Below, in pieces: positions 34,623-41,994 of a stretch of 64,000 nucleotides of DNA; the first letter of the stretch is position 1, and the number at the start of each line of letters is the position of its first letter. Under the pieces are notes generated by a model that saw only the letters and a list, made by a program, of their open reading frames with translations, did not search any database and had not been told where the DNA came from. This DNA is from Bacilli bacterium (GTDB lineage Bacteria > Bacillota_I > Bacilli_A > RFN20 > CAG-826). Location of the stretch: positions 6,520 to 70,519 of the forward strand of contig JAFSUM010000033.1 in assembly GCA_017445245.1 (NCBI GenBank), in the 5' to 3' direction. The translations under genes were made by a program, and so were the position numbers.

Positions 34623-37004
34623 TTAGGCTTTGACGGATTCGATATAGCCTTTGATGAGAGAGGCGTTTTCGAAGGTCTTGTAGCCTTCTTTGCTCGGGAC
34701 GATGAGGGTCGGGGCCTGCTTGATGCCATAGGCGTCGACGAGGTCGCGGTTGGAGGCGGCGTCGACGTTGGTGTAGTGGATGCCAGCCTTATCGAGGAGC
34801 ATTTTCGCGAGCTTGCAGTTCGGGCAGGTCGGGGAAGTGAAGAGGACGAGGCCTTCAAGCTTCTGGACAGGGGCCGCTTTCTGCTCGGGTTCGACCGCAC
34901 AGGAGGCGCCTTCTTTGGCGATGGGTTCCTGGTCTTCGTGGATGACGTAGGTCTTGCGCATGTTGAATTCCTGAACCTTGCCGGCGTTCCAGTTCTTGAC
35001 CGGACGGTAGTAACCGGTGATGCGGGAGTAGACTTCGGTTTCCTTGCCGCAGGTCGGGCAACGATATTGCTCGCCGGAGATATAGCCGTGATCGGAGCAG
35101 ATCGAATAGGTCGGCGACATCGTGTAATAGGGGAGCTTGTAGTTGTTCGCGATCTTGCGGACGAGCTTCATGCAGGATTCCCAGCTCGGGAGGCGCTGAC
35201 CAAGGAAGCTATGGAAGACGGTGCCGGAGGTATAGAGGGTCTGGAAGCGGTCTTCGATGTCGAGGGCTCCGAAGATGTCATCGGTATAACCGACGGGGAG
35301 GTGGCTCGAGTTGGTGTAATAGGGGGTCTCGCCATTTTGGGAAGCGGTGATGATGTCGGGGTAACGCTGCTTGTCATGCTTAGCAAGGCGGTAGGAGGTG
35401 GATTCGGCGGGAGTGGCTTCGAGGTTATAGAGGTCGCCATATTGTTCCTGGAAGTCGGAGAGGCGGTTCCTCATGTGGTTGAGGACCTCTTCGGTGAAAT
35501 CCTGAGCTTCCTTATAGGTCAAGTCGACGCCGATCCAACGGGCGTTGAGGCAGGCTTCGTTCATACCGACCAAACCGATGGTGGAGAAGTGGTTGTTGAA
35601 GGTGCCGAGGTAATGTTTGGTATAGGGGTAGAGGCCAGCTTCGAGGAGTTTGCTGACGGTCTGGCGCTTCACTTTGAGGGAGCGCGCGGAGATTTCCATT
35701 AAGCGGTCGAGTCTAGAGTAGAAGTCGGCCTTATCGGTCGCGAGGTAAGCGATACGGGGCATGTTGATGGTGACGACGCCGATGGAACCGGTCGATTCGC
35801 CGGAACCGAAGAAACCACCGGTCTTTTTGCGGAGTTCGCGGAGGTCGAGACGGAGACGGCAGCACATCGAACGGACGTCGCTAGGCTTCATGTCGCTGTT
35901 GATGTAGTTGGAGAAATAGGGAGTGCCGTATTTCGCGGTCATCGTGAAGAGAAGCTTGTTGTTCTCGGTCGGGGACCAGTCGAAATCGCGGGTGATGGAA
36001 TAGGTCGGGATCGGATATTGGAAGCCACGGCCATTCGCGTCGCCTTCGATCATCGTTTCGATGAAGGCTTTGTTGACCATCGCCATTTCTTCTTTGCAAT
36101 CGGCGTAGGTGAAGTCCATTTCCTCGCCGCCGACGATCGCCGGGAGGTTGGCCATGTCATCGGGCACGGTCCAGTCGAGGGTGATGTTGGTGAAGGGGGA
36201 TTGGGTGCCCCAGCGGGAGGGTGTGTTGACGCCATAGATGAAGGATTGGATGCACTGTTTGACGTCTTTGTAGGTCAAGTGGTCTTTCTTGACGAATGGG
36301 GCGAGGTAGGTATCGAAGGAAGAGAACGCCTGCGCGCCTGCCCATTCGTTTTGCATGATGCCGAGGAAGTTGACCATCTGGTTGCAGAGGGTCATGAGGT
36401 GACGGGCGGGGGAGGAGGTGATCTTGCCCGGGACGCCGCCGAGACCTTCTTTGATGAGTTGCTTCAAAGACCAGCCAGCGCAGTAGCCGGTAAGCATCGA
36501 AAGGTCATGGATGTGGATGTCGGCGTTTCTATGGGCATCGGCGATTTCCTTGTCATAGACCTCGGAGAGCCAGTAGTTGGCCGTAACGGCGCCGGAGTTG
36601 GAAAGGATAAGGCCACCGACGGAATAGGTGACGGTGGAGTTTTCCTTGACGCGCCAGTCGGCGACGCGGAGATAGGAGTCGACGACGTTTTTGAAGTCGA
36701 GGCTCGTGTCTTTGACGTTGCGGATCGCGGCGTGCTTTGCACGGTAATCCATATAAGAACGGGCAACATCGACGTAGCCGGTCTGAATCAAGACGATTTC
36801 AACCGCGTCTTGGATGTCTTCGACGCCGACGATTTCGTTTTTGATTTTGCTGTTCAGAGTGCTGGTGACGCGCAAAGCCAAAAGCTCGATGATATCCGAG
36901 GTGAATTCCTGGTGTTCGGCCCGGAAAGCGCGCTCGATGGCACTTTCGATCTTCTTCAGGTCGAACGGGACGAAGGAGCCGTCTCTTTTACATACTTGTA
37001 ACAT
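34623..37004 (-). CDS. nrdD: Anaerobic (class III) ribonucleoside-triphosphate reductase with a C-terminal glutaredoxin/NrdH-like domain
   Basis: An ATP-cone begins the protein (MLQVCKRDGSFVPFDLKKI). Also present are the thiyl loop SMCCRLRL, the Zn site CSDHG...CPTCG and the glycyl-radical motif SRITGYYRPV. The protein then continues for about 100 more residues, ending in LVLFTSPTCPNCKLAK...QAPTLIV (thioredoxin fold with CPNC). Confidence 0.9.
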   Translation of the reverse strand: MLQVCKRDGSFVPFDLKKIESAIERAFRAEHQEFTSDIIELLALRVTSTLNSKIKNEIVGVEDIQDAVEIVLIQTGYVDVARSYMDYRAKHAAIRNVKDTSLDFKNVVDSYLRVADWRVKENSTVTYSVGGLILSNSGAVTANYWLSEVYDKEIADAHRNADIHIHDLSMLTGYCAGWSLKQLIKEGLGGVPGKITSSPARHLMTLCNQMVNFLGIMQNEWAGAQAFSSFDTYLAPFVKKDHLTYKDVKQCIQSFIYGVNTPSRWGTQSPFTNITLDWTVPDDMANLPAIVGGEEMDFTYADCKEEMAMVNKAFIETMIEGDANGRGFQYPIPTYSITRDFDWSPTENNKLLFTMTAKYGTPYFSNYINSDMKPSDVRSMCCRLRLDLRELRKKTGGFFGSGESTGSIGVVTINMPRIAYLATDKADFYSRLDRLMEISARSLKVKRQTVSKLLEAGLYPYTKHYLGTFNNHFSTIGLVGMNEACLNARWIGVDLTYKEAQDFTEEVLNHMRNRLSDFQEQYGDLYNLEATPAESTSYRLAKHDKQRYPDIITASQNGETPYYTNSSHLPVGYTDDIFGALDIEDRFQTLYTSGTVFHSFLGQRLPSWESCMKLVRKIANNYKLPYYTMSPTYSICSDHGYISGEQYRCPTCGKETEVYSRITGYYRPVKNWNAGKVQEFNMRKTYVIHEDQEPIAKEGASCAVEPEQKAAPVQKLEGLVLFTSPTCPNCKLAKMLLDKAGIHYTNVDAASNRDLVDAYGIKQAPTLIVPSKEGYKTFENASLIKGYIESVKA

Positions 37005-37410
37005 GTGTTTTTTCCTCCAATTTTTACTAGTCCAACACAGGGCTTCAAAAACCGACAGTCAGGCGGAGCCGCCACTATGCTGGGGGCGTGATAAGACCCT
37101 CCCTAGGTCTTGCGTGTCATATGTTACAGGCGAGGGGGTAAAAATCAATGCCTTTGCTTGGGCCTTCTTTTTCTTAAGAAAAGTGGCACTTGAAAAACGG
37201 ATTTTGGGCCCTCTCTTTCGAAGCCATCGAAGAAATCAAAAATGGATTAGTAGTTTTTTAGTGTCAATCCATCCCTCGAAAGTGGGAAAGTTGATGTTCC
37301 TTTATTTCGACAGTGTCTAAGAAAACCAATAATCATTAGGCCGTATCTGAAAATCCTGTTGTTTTCATTAAAGGGCCTATTGCCCAGGAGAAAATAAAGA
37401 ACCCCAAGTT

Positions 37411-37439
37411 TTGCCCAAAAAGAGCGGTGTCTTTATATT
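37411..37439 (+). promoter_or_regulatory. Sigma-70-type promoter candidate (TTGCCC, 17-bp spacer, TATATT) for the MscL-like gene
   Basis: Direct reading. It would give a 5' UTR of about 70 nt ending in an AGGAGG Shine-Dalgarno. Confidence 0.4.
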
Positions 37440-37514
37440 CACGCGCTCACAATAACGTTGAAATTAGAAAAGACCGAATTAAAATCAACGCAGTCTTTCA
37501 GGAGGTATTTATTC

Positions 37515-38237
37515 ATGGCAAAACTAACGAAAGAAGAAAAAGCCGCTCGCAAACTTGAAAGAAAGAAAGCGGGCAAAGGACTCTGGGCTGAATTCAAGGA
37601 GTTCATCAACCGTGGCAACGCGTTCATGCTCGCCGTCGGCGTCGTCATCGGCGGTGCGTTCTCCGCGATCGTTAATGCGTTCGTCAACATTCTGACCTCG
37701 CTCGCCACCTGGCCGGTTCCCGGTGGTCTTGCTGGCTTGGTTAGCCCGCTTCCCGCGATTACCGACGTCCAAAAAGGTCTTGGTGCCGGCGCCCACGTTG
37801 ATATCGGCATTGGCCAACAATTCGAAGCTGGTGATTTGATGGCAAAAGCCGAAGCCCTCGCCACCAAGCTTTATGGTGCTGGTTATTCCGACGTCCAGTT
37901 CATCGACGCGAAGAACATGCTAACCAGCAACTACACCCTCTACGGCAAAACCTATTACTACAACGCAACTGCCCTTATCAATTGGGGCACCTTGCTCAAT
38001 GCGGTCATCGCCTTCATCATCATCGCGATCGTCCTCTTCATCATCGTCAAGGTCGCCAACGCCGCTGCCGCGAAAAAGGCCGCCGCGGAAGCCAAAGCCC
38101 GCGAACGCTACTACGAGAAGCACCCCGAAGAACGTCCCGTCGAACCCGAACCCGGTGTTCCCGAGCCGACCGAAAAGGAACTCCTCGCTTCCATCCTTGC
38201 CGAGCTTAAGAAACAAAACGAACCCGCCAAGAAGTAA
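37515..38237 (+). CDS. mscL: Large-conductance mechanosensitive channel (MscL) variant with an expanded TM1-TM2 loop
   Basis: AGGAGG Shine-Dalgarno before the ATG at 37515. EFKEFINRGNAFMLAVGVVIGGAFSAIVNAFV matches the MscL TM1 signature. The C-terminal ELLASILAELKKQN matches the MscL C-helix. The protein is 240 aa. Confidence 0.75.
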   Translation: MAKLTKEEKAARKLERKKAGKGLWAEFKEFINRGNAFMLAVGVVIGGAFSAIVNAFVNILTSLATWPVPGGLAGLVSPLPAITDVQKGLGAGAHVDIGIGQQFEAGDLMAKAEALATKLYGAGYSDVQFIDAKNMLTSNYTLYGKTYYYNATALINWGTLLNAVIAFIIIAIVLFIIVKVANAAAAKKAAAEAKARERYYEKHPEERPVEPEPGVPEPTEKELLASILAELKKQNEPAKK

Positions 38238-38301
38238 GTCGCTTGAAATCGGGCCTCGCAATCGCGGGGTCCTTTTTCTTTGCCTATGTCCGTCCTCAAC
38301 A

Positions 38302-38307
38302 TAAAAT
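38302..38307 (+). promoter_or_regulatory. TAAAAT -10 hexamer 7 nt upstream of the ATG at 38315 (leaderless candidate)
   Basis: The sequence reads CATAAAATatgcggcATG, with no Shine-Dalgarno. Confidence 0.4.
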
Positions 38308-38314
38308 ATGCGGC

Positions 38315-39391
38315 ATGGAATACAAATTTGAACGCATCGAAAACTTCCGCGACCTCGGCGGATTAAATGCCAGATATGGCAAAACCGCGGAACACGTCAT
38401 CTATCGTTCGGCGGACGTCTCGAGGGCGACAGAAGCCGATTTAAAGAAACTAGAAGAGCTTGGAATCAAGACGGTTATCGACTTAAGAGGCCCTGAACTT
38501 CGCAAAGTTTTCCCTAGTCCTTTAAAAGGAAAACAGGGTATCCATGTCATCGAAATCGATATCGAAAATGGCGATAAGTTTCCCGATAAAGAAGAAGACA
38601 TCGTCGATTTATACATGTCGATGTATGCCGACGGATCTGCGACGCGCGCCATGGTAAACGCTCTTATCAACGAACCTAAGCCCATTCTCGTCCACTGCGT
38701 GGCCGGCAAAGACCGCACAGGCATCAACATGGCCTTGCTTCAAATGGCAAACGGCGTCGACCGCGAGACAATTTGTAAAGACTTTCTCGCCTCGTATAAC
38801 AATCTTCCCCAATTGCAACAAATGCTAATTGAGCACGGGCATGTATTGCCTTCCTTTGCGTTTAAGGGCAACCCAGCGATTATCAACACGGTCCTAGACC
38901 AATTCCTCGCTAAATATGGCGGTGTCGAGAATTATCTGGCCGGTTTTGGGATTCCAGATGACGACATCGTTGCCTATTGCAATCTCCTTGGTGTTCAGGA
39001 ACAGTCGGCGGGCGCGGTTGTCTTCTTTAACAACAAAGTTCTTATCGAACACATGCGCATGGGTCACTATTCCATGCCGAAGGGACATGTCGAAGAAGGC
39101 GATGGCGGCCTAAAAGAAACCGCCAAGCGCGAAATCCGCGAGGAGACGGGGCTTGAAGCCAGAATCCTCGATGGGTTTGAGACCTCCAGCGTTTATTCTC
39201 CTAAACCTGGCCACATCAAAGAAGTGCGTTGGTTCATTGCCGAAGTCGATAATGACAAAACCATTTGCCAGCTTGAAGAAGTCGAGGTTTGCTACTTTCT
39301 CGAACCCGAGGACGCCTACCGCGTTTTAAGCCACGACAGCGATCGAGCCATTCTTAAAAAAGCCTGCAAATTCTATTTCAGACAAAAATAA
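38315..39391 (+). CDS. Fusion of a protein-tyrosine/dual-specificity-type phosphatase (CX5R) and a NUDIX hydrolase
   Basis: The N-terminal half contains NFRDLGG and HCVAGKDRTG (the CX5R P-loop). The C-terminal half contains the Nudix box GHVEEGDGGLKETAKREIREETGLEA. Confidence 0.75.
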   Translation: MEYKFERIENFRDLGGLNARYGKTAEHVIYRSADVSRATEADLKKLEELGIKTVIDLRGPELRKVFPSPLKGKQGIHVIEIDIENGDKFPDKEEDIVDLYMSMYADGSATRAMVNALINEPKPILVHCVAGKDRTGINMALLQMANGVDRETICKDFLASYNNLPQLQQMLIEHGHVLPSFAFKGNPAIINTVLDQFLAKYGGVENYLAGFGIPDDDIVAYCNLLGVQEQSAGAVVFFNNKVLIEHMRMGHYSMPKGHVEEGDGGLKETAKREIREETGLEARILDGFETSSVYSPKPGHIKEVRWFIAEVDNDKTICQLEEVEVCYFLEPEDAYRVLSHDSDRAILKKACKFYFRQK

Positions 39392-39418
39392 AAAGGCGAT
39401 GTAGAAACCGCCTTTTTG
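39391..39418. terminator. Bidirectional terminator between convergent genes
   Basis: AAAGGCG..CGCCTTT hairpin flanked by A and T runs. Confidence 0.6.
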
Positions 39419-39424
39419 CAGGAA

Positions 39425-40330
39425 TTAATCCCGATATACAGCGTTATAGATGTATTCTACGTATTTTGCGGCGATATTGATTTTCGTCACGTTTTCCGCA
39501 CCTTTGATGAAGGCGTTGGAATTGATTTCGCATAGAATCGGTTCCTCGGGGATGCCGGATTCGAGGAAGTCGATGCCGCAGTAATCTAGCTTCATGATGC
39601 GGGCGATGCGCTCAGCCGTATCGATCTGGAACGGATTCATCGTGTGCTCGACGCCGATGCCACCACGGGCGAGGTTGCTGCGGAAGTCACCGCTTAGGGA
39701 ACGGCGCTTATAACCGGTGACGAACTTGCCACCGATGCAGATCAAGCGATAATCGAAGCCTTTGGAGGTTTCGATGAATTCTTGGTAGAGGCGCGGACGA
39801 TAGATGATCTTCTTTTCGATTTCCTTCAGCTCATCGAAGTTGTGGGCGAGATAGACGCCTTCGCCCTGCGAGCCGAAGTTGGATTTGACAACGATCGGAT
39901 AGGGGATGACCTTCTCGACGTTATGGAGGAAGTTATCGTTATCGAGCAAGGAATAATGGAGGGGGCCACTTACCGTCTTGGGCATGCGGATGCCAAAATG
40001 CATCAAGTTCATGTAGGTGAGCATCTTGTCGTCGCAGGCCTCGATGGCTTGGGCGGAATTGAATAGACGTAGCCCAGCCTCTTCGAGAAGGTGGGAGATG
40101 TAACGATCCTTGTCGAGGAAAACACAGAAGTCATAGGGCAGATCAATGGAGTAGAGCTCGCCATCGCTTCCGATGAAGGCGTAGATCTCGGCGGTCGTTT
40201 TGACGTCGAGTTCAATGCCGAAAGGTTCGAATTCTTCCTTCAGGCGTTCGACAAGATGTTCGATGGACGGCAAAACATCGTAGGCGTTCACCACGACGAG
40301 GCCGCGCTTATACAAATTCGTGACAGGCAT
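39425..40330 (-). CDS. ATP-grasp ligase (RimK-like)
   Basis: Contains VVKSNFGSQGEGVYL, FDYRLICIGGKFV, RSNLARGG and CGIDFL...LCEINSNA. Confidence 0.7.
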   Translation of the reverse strand: MPVTNLYKRGLVVVNAYDVLPSIEHLVERLKEEFEPFGIELDVKTTAEIYAFIGSDGELYSIDLPYDFCVFLDKDRYISHLLEEAGLRLFNSAQAIEACDDKMLTYMNLMHFGIRMPKTVSGPLHYSLLDNDNFLHNVEKVIPYPIVVKSNFGSQGEGVYLAHNFDELKEIEKKIIYRPRLYQEFIETSKGFDYRLICIGGKFVTGYKRRSLSGDFRSNLARGGIGVEHTMNPFQIDTAERIARIMKLDYCGIDFLESGIPEEPILCEINSNAFIKGAENVTKINIAAKYVEYIYNAVYRD

Positions 40331-40336
40331 GAATTG

Positions 40337-40345
40337 ATTATATCA
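40337..40345 (-). promoter_or_regulatory. Perfect extended -10 TGaTATAAT, 6 nt upstream of the ATG at 40330 (leaderless candidate)
   Basis: The minus strand reads CGATGATATAATCAATTC-ATG, with no Shine-Dalgarno. Confidence 0.5.
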
Positions 40346-40438
40346 TCGCGGGCGAAAATATATGCGCGGATTTAAGAGTATGCGTTTAAAAAACGTATCA
40401 AAAGGGTAAAATATGCATTAACAAAAGGAGATTAACAC

Positions 40439-40651
40439 ATGGCTGATCAGAGAAAGGTTTATCACGTCAACAAGCGTGCCGAGGATTCCAAGTGGACCAT
40501 CAAGTTCGCCGGCGGCGAAAAGGTCATCAAGCTCTGCAACACCAAAGAAGAGGCTGTTGCTTATGCGAACAAACTGGCCGAAAACCAGGGTGGCGTCGTC
40601 CTCGTCCATGCCTCGAAGGGCGTTAACAAAGGCAAAATCCAAAAGCAGTAA
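40439..40651 (+). CDS. DUF2188-like small protein
   Basis: AAGGAG Shine-Dalgarno. The sequence VYHVNKRAEDSKWTIKFAGGEKVIKLCNTKEEAVAYANKLAENQGGVVLVHASKG fits the remembered DUF2188 pattern. Confidence 0.6.
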   Translation: MADQRKVYHVNKRAEDSKWTIKFAGGEKVIKLCNTKEEAVAYANKLAENQGGVVLVHASKGVNKGKIQKQ

Positions 40652-40653
40652 GC

Positions 40654-41022
40654 ATGGAAAAGAAACCGACAAAGGCACAAGAAGACTTTCTTGAAGCTTT
40701 GTTGATGCTCGAGAAAGACGGCTTGCCCCTTGAAACGACAAGGGTGGCCAAGATGCTCGACATCTCGAAGCCTGCGGTCCATCAGATGGGGCATGAACTC
40801 ATCGACCGCGGATGGATTTCCCGCGTCGATTATGGCGATATGTCCCTAACCCCTGATGGTCGGGTCATCGCCGAGAAGACGTTGGAGCGTCACCACGTGC
40901 TGAAACGGTTCCTCTTGCAGATCGGCGTCAGTGAAGAAACGGCCGAAAGCGATTGCTGCCTTATGGAGCATTCTGTTTCCGACGAAACGTTCGAAGCGAT
41001 TAAGAGAATGCTTCACGACTAA
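40654..41022 (+). CDS. mntR: DtxR/MntR-family metal-dependent transcriptional regulator
   Basis: Contains EDFLEALLMLEKDG...TTRVAKMLDISKPAVHQMGHELIDRGWI...LTPDGRVIAEKTLERHHVLKRFL. Confidence 0.75.
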   Translation: MEKKPTKAQEDFLEALLMLEKDGLPLETTRVAKMLDISKPAVHQMGHELIDRGWISRVDYGDMSLTPDGRVIAEKTLERHHVLKRFLLQIGVSEETAESDCCLMEHSVSDETFEAIKRMLHD

Positions 41023-41035
41023 ACGAAAATCGCGC

Positions 41036-41076
41036 AAAAAGCCTCGCTCCAATTGGAAAACGAGGCTTTTCTTTTA
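41036..41076. terminator. Bidirectional terminator
   Basis: AAGCCTCG...CGAGGCTT hairpin, preceded by an A run and followed by TTTCTTTT. Confidence 0.65.
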
Positions 41077-41087
41077 TGTGTTTTGTC

Positions 41088-41690
41088 TTAGAGGTTCGTG
41101 CGGCGAAGGAGTTCGTCGTTATTTTTAATAATGGGAAGGAGGACCTCTTCGCGGACGGTTTCGATGGCTTTGCGCGTCTCGATTTCGTCGAGGGATTTGG
41201 TGACGAGGAGGAAGCAATCGACGATGCGGAGGATGTTGTCCTCAAGGATTTGATAATGGTCTTTGTCGATGACAAAGTCCGCGGTTTTTGCACCGGTCAA
41301 AGCGTCTTCAATGATGGGGGTGATTGCCTCTTTGACCAAGTTCATGAGCTTTTCGCTCGTGTTGGGATTCATGAAATCGTCATAAATGAAACGGCCCCGC
41401 TGTCCACGCAGCGAAATATATTCGTTGGTGAAGTCGATGATGTCATACGAGAAATAATTCATCGCGCGGATGAAGGTCAAATAGGGGACCGGATTCTTGC
41501 CGCCGGAGAGGGCGATTTTCAAAAGAGAATATTCGAGCGCGAGGTCAAAACCGATAACCCAGCGGCGGCTGTCATCGTTGAAAAACTCGTGACGGCTCGG
41601 GGCGTCGATTTTGGTAAAGCATTCCCCGAGAGTGGCGATAAGGGTATCGTGGCTCGATTTGGCGTCTTCTAGCAAAGCGGACAGTTTCAT
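41088..41690 (-). CDS. Hypothetical protein (200 aa, predicted helical)
   Basis: The ORF has an AAGAGG Shine-Dalgarno 7 nt before the ATG at 41690. I recognised no family. Confidence 0.55.
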   Translation of the reverse strand: MKLSALLEDAKSSHDTLIATLGECFTKIDAPSRHEFFNDDSRRWVIGFDLALEYSLLKIALSGGKNPVPYLTFIRAMNYFSYDIIDFTNEYISLRGQRGRFIYDDFMNPNTSEKLMNLVKEAITPIIEDALTGAKTADFVIDKDHYQILEDNILRIVDCFLLVTKSLDEIETRKAIETVREEVLLPIIKNNDELLRRTNL

Positions 41691-41994
41691 ATGTGGACCT
41701 CTTTGCATTGATTTTACTCACTTTGGGAGATTTGGCTTTATCTTCTTTTGTTTTTCAAAAGGCAAATTGAAGGAAAATGAGTCCCTATTTGACTCCGAGA
41801 TTGTCTTGGAAAACAGCAAAATCAGGCTATAAAACGCCAAAAATGAACTATTTTGAGGAAAATAATATATGAACCATCTCCCGAAAAACATTCGATAAAA
41901 TCTAAGTTTGATATTTATAACGAAAGAAAATGTTGCTTTATTTTCCGCGAAGACCATACTTTTTGGCATTGATAGTTCTCCAAGAGGGAATTTT

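Noticed and set aside
34776-37001. Long plus-strand ORFs (308 aa and 327 aa) antisense to nrdD. Similar long alternate-frame or antisense ORFs occur elsewhere, for example at 61293..62645, 60479..61450, 54515..55246, 55174..55908, 56300..57211, 10879..11694 and 13576..14319.
   Set aside because: They overlap genes with unambiguous conserved protein signatures. Their translations are low-complexity (rich in G, D, V, A and R), which is typical of stop-poor off-frames in GC-rich, third-position-biased DNA. They have no Shine-Dalgarno and no recognisable motifs.
37005-37200. Possible NrdR boxes or a cobalamin riboswitch in the nrdD upstream region. The candidates were CACTATGCTGG, TGTCATATGTTACA and an AGTCAGGCGGAGCCGCCACTATG segment resembling a B12 box.
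   Set aside because: The palindromes match the NrdR consensus (acaCwAtATaTwGtgt) in only one half-site. The B12-box-like string is on the plus strand, which is the wrong orientation for nrdD, and lacks the other conserved riboswitch elements. A covariance-model scan is needed to be sure.
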